Shown one piece after another: positions 38,037 to 50,773 of a stretch of DNA of 64,000 bases (positions are counted from its first letter, which is position 1; every line of letters begins with the position of its first letter). The stretch is taken from assembly GCA_973895155.1 (NCBI GenBank), contig OZ316895.1, positions 16,596,170 to 16,660,169 of the forward strand, written 5' to 3'. The translations under genes and the position numbers were made by a program. This DNA comes from Marsupella aquatica (lineage: Eukaryota; Plantae; Marchantiophyta). The notes under the pieces are model-generated. The model was not told where the DNA came from. It saw only the letters and a program-made list of their open reading frames with translations, and made no database searches.

Positions 38037-39548
38037 AGCATTCAATGTTAACAAGTAGTGAAACTTGGCCACTGTGTACAGGTACGTATACAAAATCTCT
38101 TTATAATTGGAGTGCACGAAGTTTATGAATGAGGACCTCGTTGCATGTTGTAGATGCATTGTGTTCCATTCATCCTCCCGGCATGCTTACAAAATTTGAG
38201 AGCTATAGATTGTTGAAAACGGTGCCCCATCTCTACTAGTTTGTTGTCCATACAAAATTGCTACCCAAAACTACAAAATAAATCTCGTTGCTACTCTGCA
38301 AAATAACTTCAAAACTTTTATCGGACCCTCCCGCCGGGTTGTGTGCTCTCGAATTCGTTTGACAACGTGCACAAAACATTTCACTTGGCATCCAACAATC
38401 GCTTCAGGGTGAAGGATACTGCCATTGGTATCCTCCATGTTTCACACCATCTCCGGAGCTGCCATCACTGTCATGTTGCCCCTCTCGAGCTTCCCGCTCC
38501 TGCTCCTCTTCTCTGTCCCAAATGTTTGTCAACCTTTGCCTGACTACCCCTTTCCTTCTGGACTTGTACTTCTTCACTATAGCCAATGGGCCGATGCGGC
38601 CATATGGTGACTGTGGTTTTTGGCTGAGGTGCGCTGGTAGCCTCCTTCCCATCATCTTCTTTCTGCACACCCACATCATTTCCCAACTTTGAGCCTTTGT
38701 CATTTGAAAGTGTAGCACTGTCTGACGATATCTCAATGACCTCGTGCTTTGCATTGGAGTCCAGACTTGTATGCCCAACTCCACTTCCAAGACGGGTAGC
38801 ACAAGAAAAAACAATTTTTGGAGGCATATTGAATCCACAGCAACTGAAGACCGCAACAGCGAGAGGACGTGATCGCCAGCTGATAACTCCACCGCAAATT
38901 AAAATGCACTGTCTCCTTAAAATCCAAAACCTACTCCCACCTTTTTTGCAAAAACAAATGGCAGCTGAATGAGGTGACTCCCCACAAAACAATTGCATAC
39001 AATTGAACACTACGAGAGGCAGAGCACACAATCGACAGCTAACCAGAAAGCGAGCAAGTGTGACAAGACCCTAATAAGCAGCTCTCCACCAAGTGCAACC
39101 AAGTGCGAGGAAAGATTTGCACAGACTGCTCAGTATCTATACTGGTCCCAAGAATGTGTTCACTGCTTTCTCTCCCTCACGCAACCAGTCACGTGAAACT
39201 GTCACAAGAGATGCGCAAACAACGAGGTGCCTAGCTTTACTGCACCTCGCACAAGCGGGAGTGTGAGAATCTAAGTTTGATGTGACTTGCCCCTCGGTAC
39301 TTGCAAATCCATGAATGAGTCCTGTTGCGTACTTTAATGAATGTCGAAGACTATGGGAACCAACTTATGGTACAGATTTTCCCTTGCCCCTTTCATCAAT
39401 TCCTCCAATGTAAAATCATGTGAAGATGTGACCTGCCCCTCGGTACTTGACAGCCCCAATAATGAGTCTATTGACAATTCAAATGTACTGGACTATGACT
39501 GTTACACTCTTCTATTTTTCGTGTGTTGATCAGAAAACCAGACCTCAT

Positions 39549-40884
39549 TCAATAAATTGTCCCGTGCCTCAGGGCCCCCTTCCATATATTCTCTACGAGG
39601 GAATGGACTCCATTGTATCCTCCCGGATGGGCAGTGATACCACGGAGTAAATCAGGGCAAAAAGACTCGCCTCTCTCAATCAAAAAATTATGTAATTTAA
39701 GACAACAAGAATAGATCATTGGCACAATTCTTTCCTTTCTAGGTTTCCACAAAATTTGACTCAGAATCCGCCAGGTTGCTTTCAGCTGCCCAAAAGCTCT
39801 TTCAACTACCATCCTACTTTGTGAGTGTTGGTAGTTCCACCAATCATGCTCTGCTGCAATCCCCAGTGTGAACGGCACCATTAACCATGGATACAAGGGG
39901 TAACCCGCATCGCTGAGTATGTATTCTCTCAAAACTAACTCTCCATCTTGACAGTGATATTCCGAGCCGTGCAACTTGGTTTGTCTATATTCAACATCCG
40001 TAAAAAAAGTTGACACTCTGAGTAGTCTCCTGAATGCTACCGGGCCATCCAGCCACAACATCGAAAAACCTGAGTTTCAAATCAACAATAGCTTGCATAG
40101 AAACTGAAGTTTTTTTCTTGAAATCATAATAGTCTTGGCTACGCTCTGCTAAAGGTAACTCAACAGGAAAGTGTGTGCCATTGATTGCACCACAGCAATT
40201 GGGGAATCCCCAACGTCCAAGGAATTGTCTTTTGACATCCTCCAATTCTAGTCCAACTGGCCATTTGATAAGCCGTCTGCCTTGGTTATTAACAGCTTGA
40301 ATGAACTTCCAAGTTACCTTGATCATAGTGGAGCAAAAAACCCCGAACAACTCTGCAATTCCAAGAAACTGATCTCCAGTGGAAAGTCTCCGTAGGGAAA
40401 TTGCTACTTGTCTCTGTACCGACAGTTGTCTATTTGGCAAACTACAGAATGCTAGTGGTGGATTTGTGACCATTTCATCGTGTACCATCTCGCAGATGGC
40501 ATCAAATGTACTGGGGCTGACACGAAAGAATTCTTTAAACCTATCAAGATCATCATAAGGTACAAAATCAACAAAGAGATAAAACCATTGAATGCTCCGT
40601 GGTTTGATGTACCATCGGGATTCAATCTCCCTTTTCATCATGAAAAAGCTTCAAATAACTTGAATGAATAACCAGACTGTCTTCCATTCTGTGTCACTCC
40701 CACGTCGCCTCTTTCTTGACATCATCATGTTGCTGCTTTGCCCAGAATGTAGTGGCCCATATATGGTTCCAATCATAACCAAAACAGCAAGTGAGGCAGC
40801 CACTGTTGCATTGGTAATTACAAAAGCAGCCATGGATTCCAATGTTGTCGTTGTTGAACCATTGTCTTCGTGAGTTGAATCCAT
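39549..40884 (-). pseudogene. PIF/Harbinger (HARBI1-like, DDE_Tnp_4) transposase, inactivated
   Basis: FKEFFRVSPSTFDAIC..LSVQRQVAISLRRLSTG..FPNCCGAINGTHFPV..YYDFKKKTSVSMQAIVD..GWPGSI, then after a frameshift ILSDAGYPLYPWLMVPF..NYQHSQSRMVVERAFGQLKATWRIL..LHNF. The first catalytic Asp is replaced by Asn. Confidence 0.9.
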
Positions 40885-43006
40885 CAATTCATAACCACTG
40901 TCGAGCTTTCTGCAAGACTCGTTCCCTTTGGTTTTGGCTGAGAGTGCTAGTAGCCTCCCTGTGCCGTAGTAGTGTCAACTTTCGCTGTCTCGGTTCACCG
41001 TTACTTGTTGCCTGTCCGCCGTCGGTTTCCTAAACTGAAAATGTGTCAGGAAAGGGTCCGATGGAATGAACTTTGAGTTCACCCTCAAACACAAAAGCGG
41101 GCAAGTGCGTTTGAGGGTGAGGAAACACTCGAGGGCTGATGGAATACTGCCCTTAGCCCCTAGTGAGACATCACTCCCCTCATATATGCTTTTAGAGACC
41201 TGCCACCCCCAGACCAACTTTGGTCCCCAAACTTTTGGCCCCCAACCTGGACCCTATCCCGCATGTCTGGGCGTGCCACCAACTGGCAACACCCATAACT
41301 TCCTAGTTAGGCATCCGCAAGCGGAGTGCCTTAGCCCATTGCGATCAGGCTGACCCAGTGCTCATGCCTAGGCTCTCAGATCACATTGCCGCTCAAGGCC
41401 TCCAATTGACCAAACCCGGATCGGGCCATAACTCGTGCCCCAAGCGTCCGTTGCCCATGGCTTCAACTCCATTGGCCTTGGGCCCAAGAGGAGCTCTCAC
41501 TCAAGCCCCTTAGAACTTAAAGTCCGTTCGGGGGTCCGGATGGTCGACCTTGAGCCCGGCCCTTTTCCGGGCCCTTTTCCCCTCGACCCGACCAGCCCTT
41601 AGCTAGTCTAAATCCTAATTGCATGACACCAGCCTGGCGCCTTGCCTTCACCAGCACCACGTCCCATTGCCGGCCCATTACCCACAAGTCTCCCCATGCT
41701 AAGTCCTCCCCGGATGGCCTATCCGGGCCTGGACCATAAGGGAGCTCGGCGTTGGAGTCAGTGACGCCGGAGCTAAGTGTTAAGGTAATCGAGTTCCGTG
41801 ATGCATGGCCTGTGCAAAGTTGTGCACCTAGGAGAGATTCATGACACGAGCCATTTCCATTTTCAAAGGAATATGAGTAGTTCCTAGCTTGGGAAATGTT
41901 TCAAGATAATTATGTTGCTTGAGTGTATTGTATACACCAATTGACTACAACCAAACATCCATGTCTCCAAAAACATTCTAATGCTTCGGAGAGACAAGTT
42001 GTCCCTAAAGTCTAACATCGTGGGCAGCTAATTGGTCTTCAGTGACTGTGAAACTTGTAGTTCTGTCATGGGACTGTAAGTGGGTGTGAGACTGGAGGTG
42101 CAACTCATTTCTGTTGTTGGCAAGGTCACTGACTGTTTGTCACCTTTAGTTTTGTAAGGGATTCAACACAAGCAAGGGAGGGCCAGGCTAGCGCACCATT
42201 AAGCTACTTGTTGGGGAGCTCAAGGAAGGGCCATTGTGAGCAAAGCTTGCATCTCACTATCAATTCGGGGGCACTTTTGTTTTGGAGGGGACTTTACAGT
42301 AATTCACCAATGTACACCAAAGTGGTTTTAAGCCCCCCCCCCCCCCCCCCCCAAAAGGAGATCTGTAGTAAGAGAGGATGTCCCTCGTATGTGTCCCTCT
42401 TCCACATTGTAATATTCCTGTGGATGTTCCTCTCTTGCATTGACTGGCAGTGAAGGCTTTTTTCTCTTAATCTTCTCGAAAGAAGAAAGAAGACATGTTT
42501 TCCACAGGTTTGGGTAAGAATTTAAAGGACAAATAATCTGAAAATGCCAAACAATGTACAACACCAAGCAAAAGAGGTATGAAGAGGACAAACACAAAAC
42601 TATAACAAGAGGGGAAATGCACATCCCAAAAACCTAGAAAGAAGAACAAATTACAAATAACGATCTACGAGTGCAAATATGATGAAGTAATGATTCGTAT
42701 CAACACTTAGAGATGTCATTTAGAAAATTCACCCGAGCTGTGTCCCATTTGCAGACTTCGTCATGAAAGTTTGCAAGCGGGATATGGCTAGGGTGAATAC
42801 TGAATACCAAAGATCAAAGAAATTATGAAGGCCGATATTGTCCCTGGGCCACACACTAATCAGAAAAAGAGGCCTAGTTGGGCCAGAATGTTTGACAAAC
42901 AGCTTGGAATAGACCACTCCAACCCAGATGAACTATTAAGAACAATATAGTTCTTTGCATAAGTGGTCACACCTTTGGGTCTCAAAAACTGCTTGGTGCA
43001 TTCCAG

Positions 43007-43165
43007 GAGGGATTTGCTTGATCAGACCCCAAAACAAATTGCGTTACTTGATAGGACCCCTTAAGTTTTGGGTACATTGATTCAAGGTCAATCAACGGTC
43101 TGGATCACTCAGGGGTCCTACCAAGTAACACTTTTCATTTTGGGGTTTGATCAAACAAATCTGTC
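43007..43165. mobile_element. Foldback Mutator-like MITE, 159 bp
   Basis: GAGGGATTTGCTTGATCAGACCCCAAAA pairs with TTTTGGGGTTTGATCAAACAAATCTGTC; the inner arms GTTACTTGATAGGACCCCT and AGGGGTCCTACCAAGTAAC also pair. Flanks TGCATTCCAG and TGCATGGCAG form a degenerate 10-bp TSD. Confidence 0.75.
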
Positions 43166-43560
43166 TGCATGGCAGTTGCAAGGTCATGCTCAGGTCCTCT
43201 AAGAATAGACTTACTACAAATGGTTTGCCTTATTTAATCCATTCAACTCGAGATTCAACTTATACAAGTTCTAACACTTATATTCATCTGCCTCTTACCT
43301 TTACTGTTATTTTAGGCAGGTCTTTTGTCAAGGACCAAAAGTCATCCCTGTCCAGTATCTTATCCTTGTAACACATTCCTGGAAAGTGTGGTTGGTATGT
43401 AGTAATCAGTAAATTCTGATAAGAGGGCTCTGTGGATCATAAAACTCTACCTACTTAACTCGAGTTTTGAGGGGCTATTAATGCCCAAATTCCCCCCTCA
43501 TAACAGGGCATTCAGACACTAAATTGCCTGCTAGATTTTCTATTTTCCCTAAAAGTAGAA

Positions 43561-43782
43561 CAACTTTTAAGTACATTGTCACTATAGATGTTTGAATTCA
43601 CAATATTGCCAAGGGTTTTTGATATATTTATAAAAATGCCACGGTTTCCATACATAGTTCCCCTGGTTACCTTGATGAACTTGTCATCCATATACTAAAC
43701 TGTGATATTTTTATAAATACTAAAAATATAGTGGCAATATTGTCAACTAAAAAATCTTTTGGGACAAAGTACTTAAAAGTTG
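43561..43782. mobile_element. MITE related to the 20178-20508 element
   Basis: TIRs CAACTTTTAAGTACATTGTC and GACAAAGTACTTAAAAGTTG. Internal CACTA.AGATGTT..AATTCACAATATTGC and GAACTTGT..TCCATATA are shared with the 20.2-kb copy. Confidence 0.7.
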
Positions 43783-44574
43783 AAAAGTATAAATCTAGGC
43801 TTCATAATTGCCTGACCCAATCTGGAATGTGCATTTTTCTTCACAAAGCATCAAAATTTACAAAGAGCGAAATCACAAAGGGCACTAAAGTATATAAATT
43901 AATAGCTCTTAAAAAAATCATGAGTCTCCACTTGTACCCAGGCCAATTAGTATGGGCAGTCTAATCTGCAAGGGCTGGATTCCACGAGCACTCCCACTGA
44001 CACGGCATGGGCCCCAAATATGCCGTATTTCAAAGGCAGTGCACATAACATTCAAACTGTACAATTTTTGGGCTTGACAATTTTTGGGCTTGACAACCAA
44101 TGAAGATGCCCTGCACATGGTATTATACGCTGGAGTTCCCTCATACTCCCTGCTAGAGTATTCGCCTGCCTTTCACTCAATCTTAAATAGGCTAAAGATT
44201 TTGACATCACATGATCACATCTGTACTCTGCCTAAGCCACTTCACAATTTAGAAAAGGGGGAGCCTATTTAATATTGAGGGCACATTAGTAATTCATTAG
44301 AGTCTAGTTAAGCCAACTCACATGAAAGGGGGAGCAAATGAATTATTGAATTAATTATTGGGGCACGTTACTAAGTAATTGTGATTAGTTGGACGGCTTG
44401 AAAAACAAAACAATACCCTTAATCAAAACAGGTGGCAAGCCGTGTCGTTAGCAAAAAAATTGGTGACAATCTATACAAAACCAAGTATGTCTTAATAATA
44501 AATAATAAATAAAAGCTAGAGTTGTGGCTTACACTTCTAGAATGAAACCTCCAAGTCATGACTCTGGCCCCCAC

Positions 44575-44820
44575 CAAAATTTGCAAATGTTAAAAACGAT
44601 GAGTCATCATTTCTATTAGCAATCAAGGAAGGGGCATTCATCTAGTATATTTGATCAAAATTTGCAAATGTTAAAAACGATGAGTCATCATTTGTATTAG
44701 CATTCAAAGAAGAGGCACTCATCTATTATAGTTAATGAAAATTTGCAGCAAATGTTAAAAAAGACGAGTCATCATTTGTATTAGCATTCAAAGAACCAAA
44801 GAAGGGGCATTCATCTACAG
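44575..44820. repeat. Tandem repeat, 81-bp unit x3
   Basis: AAAATTTGCAAATGTTAAAAACGATGAGTCATCATTT.TATTAGCA.TCAA.GAAG.GGCA.TCATCTA units start at 44575, 44656 and 44737. A related single copy lies near 63680-63835. Confidence 0.85.
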
Positions 44821-47800
44821 TTATACTGTATATTTTATCTCACACCAAAGAGCACATCGAGTGACCCAATTTGATCCAGTGGAAACTGGGGAAGCAACAC
44901 CCACCCTGTCGTCAAAATCATGACACGGAGGTTGAGGACATCAGTAAAATGATGACAAGGTGCTTCAGCCGATGACGACGACACAGAATGCCACGAGCGG
45001 AGGGAGAGAGCGGGACGCGACAAGGCACGGTTGTTGAGGTGGGGCTGCAGCGATGGTGGTGGTGGTGGTCCTTCTCGATGTGCGGCTCGTTCCACAACAG
45101 TAGCGGTGATTCCGTGATCCCTGTTTCCCTTCCCTTTTTGCGCTCTTGGATGAGTTTTCGTCTATATCCTTTCGGTTGCATGAATTGTCTCACGCCTTTC
45201 GTCCTTCGCTCCTTTTGCAGTTCTGCGTCTTCCCTCCGTAATCCGGTTCTACATTGAGCGTCAGACATGTCCCCCTGATGACGCAGTTTTTGTCCCGATC
45301 ATCATAACGCTGTGCATCGCTTTTCCAGTTTTCCTAGAGTTGGACGTGGTTCGTTGCGCTTGTTCGTGTCTTAGAAGTGCGGGAGCGCGGCTTCTGAAGA
45401 CCGGCGTGTTTTGCATTTCCTGAAATCGGCAGGAGACCTCGGAGTCTGAGTCCCCGCGTGGCCCCAATCCCCTGCTCTGCCGCTCAAGTTGTTTCGCTGG
45501 ATTGGTGAAGTCGATTTGAGGGAGTGCATTGCTTTACCTCTCGTTCTTTCTTTCTTTCTCTCGCTCGCAAGCGCGTTGGCATTTAAGGCCCTGTTCTGAT
45601 CCTCTTCTTCCTCATCTGCCCGGCTGCTGTCCTCTATCGAAAGAGAAACCTCCACCGGTTTGCTGCTCCCCTGCCTCCACGTCTTTCCACTTCTCATTTG
45701 GCTCTGTGGATGGAGTTACTATCCTCTATCCACAGTTTCCCGCGAGAATGTACTGTCTGACGACAGATGCCCTTGAGGGAGGGGCGAGGGACCAGGTGTA
45801 GCGCAATCCGACGACTCGGCCAAATAGTTCTGGTCTCGAAGTCTCCCTGATTCACCGTTTTGATGGATAATTGATGGAACTGGTGTTATCATTCGTCGCG
45901 TTTGGACTTTTCCGCTGAGCATTGACCGACGCTGTCCCGAGTTTTACAGCAGCGAGAGGGTTCAGCGAGGATCAAGTTACTGTTGCCCTTGAAAGTCGCT
46001 CATTGTTGTTCCGAGACAGGGGCGGACATTCTGGAAACCTTCATGCTAAAGAAGAAGCTCAATTCGCCTGTGATAAGAGACTTGGAGGAGGATCGTGAGT
46101 GTAGCAGTCCATGACCACATTTATCCTCTCTTTTCCGATATGGAGGATCTCAGGTAGTCCACTGGTTTGAATTTCCGAAAGTGTTGGAGGCATTGCACTT
46201 GTCGAGAGCGATCCCAAGCACACTTTCGAAAGGAGGAACAAGCAGGATCGATCGGACAATTGGAAGAAGACCGCGGTCTCCTGGAAGAGGAAATAAACTG
46301 CTTCAATGGCCGAGAAATTGTTGGATTATCGGAGGATTGCCGTGAAAGGTATTACGGCCCTTGAACAGGCAGGGCGACATACAATTCGGGTGTTTGCTCA
46401 GGTTTGTAACTTTCGAACCGCACGTCCTGATCTCAATGTTGCGGATCGTCCTCCATCCCAGCCTACTCGTTCGTCCCGTGAATGTAATTACTATCATCGT
46501 GGTCCACTTGACAGAATTTGATCCCACATGGCTATGTTGCTAGGTCTAACTCATGCATGTTGTTCTATTCGATATACTATTGAGCAGAAATGTCGTCCCT
46601 TTTCAATTTCCGCGTTCCGTGTCGATGTGCCTTCGACAAAGACATGTGTCGATATTTGCACGATTAAAAAACGTGGCCATATGCCTGCAATACAGATAAG
46701 TCTTGATCTTGACACGTAATGTAGGTCTTTAAATAGTCATCAGACACCGGGTTGGGTGATTAGACGTAATAATACAAGAGTCCAGAGAATGTGAATAGAT
46801 CTTAACGCGAGTCTTGACAAAGGTTCATCAATGACGGGTTCTTCGGACTGAAGTGATGGATTGCGCAACTCATGTAGTTCTTACCATTGTCCGTTTACTT
46901 TGCTCAGGTGGAAGGTTTCTGCAAGCAAAGTATGGCTACCCAAGGTGAGGCTGTGTGTTGCTACATCTCTGTCGAGGATGCCTGTGAAACGGGTTGTGCT
47001 TCTGCATGCGAGAGAGCTAGTCAAAATGCCAACTGCTCTTCTGCCTATCAAGTAAGTTGGCATACCATATGGGACCGCGTCGCATCACACAATCTCACTA
47101 TCTCTCTTTCGTTCGGCATGCCTAGCATTCTGAGAATGGAACCTGCAGTGGCAGATTTCTTGTTCAATGATCAAGAACTCGCGCGGCGCAGTGCTATGAT
47201 GCTTTAATAATGTTTAAGTAAACTCTTCAACTTTAGGTGTCACATTCTGGTATTACAGCTCCATTCTCAACACGCCATGCTGATCTTTCTTCTCTTTCTC
47301 ATGGAATACAGGACTGCAGAGAAGCTTGCCTCCAAGCGTGCACGCGACCAGACTCCGCTGGGAAGTTTAGCACCATCATCGTCGGTAAATAGCACTGGGA
47401 GCTTTGAGGGGAGGACATCGGATGTGTGAGGTGGGAGGATGGCGCAGGAGACTGAAGAGGGATTGAAGGGGCCAGTCCAACGGCATATGCTCCGATTGGT
47501 GCAGGAATGTTGGATAATTGCGCAATGGCGAATATTACATCGTCCATAAACACAATTGACATTCACTGGACCGAGACTTTAGAAGTAAGTTGATGAGAGT
47601 CCGCAAATAGCGAAGCCGACGAACAGCAGCGTGGAAAGGCAATTTGAAACGGGTTGTCAGGAGGATTTCCGGAGATTTATACCGAGTTAGTGGTTAGGTC
47701 TGTACAGTGGGGTTACCTTGTTCTGGTTTGGCGTTTAGGATTGTACAGTTTAGATGATTCGACGACTTTTCGATCTGGCCACTTTTTTGCTCATCAAAAT

Positions 47801-48385
47801 CGTGAGTTGAGCCCACTGTCGTTCGGAAGAGAAGATCCAACGAAGTGTTTCCAAATTTTCCATGATTTTAAATACATTTATGGTCATTCGCGATTCCTAC
47901 ATCTCAGGTCGTTGTGGAGTCCATGCCCCAAGAAGAATTTGTACAGTAGATTGCGGAAGTTGCGAAATGATTGTCTTCTGGCCTGTTCCTCGCGTTTGGC
48001 ACAGTAGAAAGTTTCCTTCATCATCTTTGCCAGAGTGGGTCTGGTACATCAACCGTCCCGCGTATGGCGTAGAAAACTGTTTTCCCGTCACCATAGTTAG
48101 AATCTCCGTTAAGCGCAAAGGGCCGGAACGGTTAATTGACTCCATTTGATTGATGAGAACGACATGGAACCACATTCTATGACGATCAAGTACCACCACC
48201 CTACCTCGTGAGGAAGGGTCTCGTTGGGTTATGCCTGAAAAGGTACGCGTCAATCAGTTGTGGACCAGGCCTTTGCTTTCTGCATCTTCTGGCTATGGAA
48301 TCCTAATATTGGCCTTTGCTGAGCTTTGCTTGTGTATTGTAAATCCTGACTCCATCGAACTTTATAATCTCGATACGAACCTATT

Positions 48386-48546
48386 GTTCAGAGCCTATGA
48401 TCTAGAGTGCAGTCTCTAGACCATGACCCTAGGACGTAGCTGAAGTTGGGTATTGAGGGCAGGGTGTTCAGAGCCTATGATCTAGAGTGCAGTGTCTAGA
48501 CCATGACTCTAGGACGTAGCTGAAGTTGGGTATTGAGTGCAGGGTG
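48386..48546. repeat. Tandem duplication, 80-bp unit x2
   Basis: GTTCAGAGCCTATGATCTAGAGTGCAGT...GAAGTTGGGTATTGAG.GCAGGGT starts at 48386 and 48466. Confidence 0.85.
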
Positions 48547-48745
48547 AGTCTCTGAAAATGCCCTGGGGAAGATTGAGAGGAGGGTGAGTCTCAGAAAATG
48601 GCCAGCCTGTGAGGAACCCTGTGAGGAGTGAGGCACTGGAAACTAAGTGAATCTCGAAAAGAGACTTAATGTCCTTCACCTTAATGTCCACATCTATATT
48701 TTAGTTCAACGGGCTACTCTACCAAGTTAACGAAGTGTTGTAGGC

Positions 48746-49078
48746 ATGTCATATTTCTCATTGATTGTCAAACCGATTGTAGACCAGGCCTATGTCCATT
48801 ACCCTAAATGTCCACATCTTCGTTCAATGGGCTACCGGACCAAGTTAGCAAACTATTGTAGTCATGTCACATTTCTCATCGATTGTCGAATCAATTGTGG
48901 ACATGTCATATTTCTCATCGATTGTCGAGTCATTTGTGTTAGAGGCCTTTGCACTCTGCATCGTCTGGCATTTCTTCGCTGTTCTGTTTGATCCTGGACA
49001 CTGCTGTAGATTCTTCCTCCATCTACCAAGTTATCACAGGACTGTAGGCTTGTCATATAACTTCACATCGATTGTTGG
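48746..49078. repeat. Clustered ~26-39-bp motif (ATGTCATATTTCTCATCGATTGTC)
   Basis: Copies at 48746, 48864 and 48903, plus a diverged copy at ~49051. Confidence 0.7.
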
Positions 49079-50773
49079 GCCACCTGCCTTGAATTGCAGA
49101 TGCGTCCCTGTCCTTGGTCTCTGCGTCATGCTCATCAATTTGGCGCGTAGAGAGGAGGAAGCGCATTGGCGCACGGTATGAATTCTCATGTCGAATGGAA
49201 AAGCGTGGTATGGTTAAAATGAATGCCACGGTTACTCAGGTGCAATTCTCTTCGTAGGCCTAGGTCAAGGTGGGCCTTTTCGCAGATTATCAATAGGATA
49301 ATGTACTCCTTAAAAGGAGTTGTGAGATATAGTGCCCCCCCGAAACGAGGGCGGTGGCCCAAGGTTTGAGGGGCATTAGAAGGGGGTGTTGTGAGATATA
49401 ATGCCCCCCAAAATGAGGGCTGCAGCCCAAGTTTTGATGTGCATTATTCTCATAATATATGTTTGTAACTAGGACATTAAGTATGTCAAAGGTTGGGTGA
49501 TGGTTTCATAAGAGACCAAAAAAAAAGTGAATCTCAGAAATAGAAAATGGAAGTTTAAGGCTATGCAAGAATGGTTGTGCATGCAATTGGCCAAAACTAT
49601 CAAAGAAATTGAAAGCAAATTTTGTGATCTTTGATATAATTTATTATGCTGCGTCACAAGGTAACATTATATTTGTGTTTTACCTTTCCTATACTTATGG
49701 TTTCACAAATTCCCTTAAAAGAAGGTAGGCTGTATGGAATATTAATGCACTCAAAAATACAAAAAGAAAAATCTCAAAAGTCTTTAACGTGTACACGTAA
49801 CCATAGGCCCAAGGGGGCTTATGGGATATAATCCCCCAATGCGAAGAGCCTGAGGGGGGTTACAGTCATGCCCCCTGACTGGCCACAGATTAACAAGGGT
49901 AAGCCCCCAGTGTGATTACCCTAGGTCACGCTTGAGGGGGGTAATGGTTTATAATATTCCAGAGAAATGCAAATAAAAAGTACATGAGAGGTTATAGCTA
50001 CTGTAGTATCAATGGTGAGAAGTGTTTTTTTACGTGCTTCCAGACTAGCTTGTGTGGGGGAAACCCAAGCCCCCATGTATGTAAATGTTTGATAAAATGC
50101 CAGATGGACCAGTAAAACCCAGGTGGACTACAAAAAATCTGTTCCTAATCAGATAGCACTTTTCCCTTTGTAAAACAATTCATATCGTGGTTCATGGGAA
50201 AATTATTTTCCTCTTTTGGGTATATATGAAAAATTCCCAAGGCAAGCCAAGAACAGTTTCAGTCTACTGCCTTAGGCATTTCCTGATATCTAGCTGCAAC
50301 GCGTGTTCTCCTATTTGCCACACTCCAATTTTTGCTCCATGCTGATCACATGGGAAAAACTATAAGTGTGCTCCATTGTGGCCATATGAATATTATGAGT
50401 GGGTTGCAAGGCTACGCCTATTTGACTCAGATAGGCAGTCTGATGCCTTTTCCTCTCCTCGGGCTATGAAGAGGCCAAGGTCCATCCAAATCGCATAGTT
50501 TAAGTGAAAGGCCCATCCTGGCTTGAACCTAAAAAGTGTTTTAGCAAAAAATTGTAGAAACTAACCACTTTAAAAAAAATCTGGGCAAATCTAATGGCTA
50601 AATTGTTTTTAGTAATGAGCTGAGTCCTTAACCCTAAGTGTCTCATATTTAAAATGAGCTTGCGTGCGGCTCTTAGAGAGAGGTCGTTCTTATCCTAAGC
50701 ACTACAAGTTGACATAGTTGCCTTACCTTATCTAAACTTTGCACTTACACTAGGGTTTACACCCCTTTACATG

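Larger units (their letters stand above)
35170..41810. mobile_element. PIF/Harbinger DNA transposon (approximate extent)
   Basis: Convergent Myb ORF and transposase, flanked by GC-rich non-coding arms (~35.2-36.4 kb and ~41.05-41.8 kb). TIRs and TSD could not be identified, so the ends are guesses. Confidence 0.55.

Noticed and set aside
35171-41810. AGGCCAT / ATGGCCT as TIRs of the Harbinger element
   Set aside because: The match is only 7 bp and there is no matching TAA/TTA TSD on the right.
32597-42352. Poly(C) runs at ~32597 and ~42333
   Set aside because: These are simple homopolymers with no supporting context.
48746-49078. Repeats with intervening sequence that look superficially like a CRISPR array
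   Set aside because: Spacing is irregular, the repeats are degenerate, the context is eukaryotic, and there are no cas genes.
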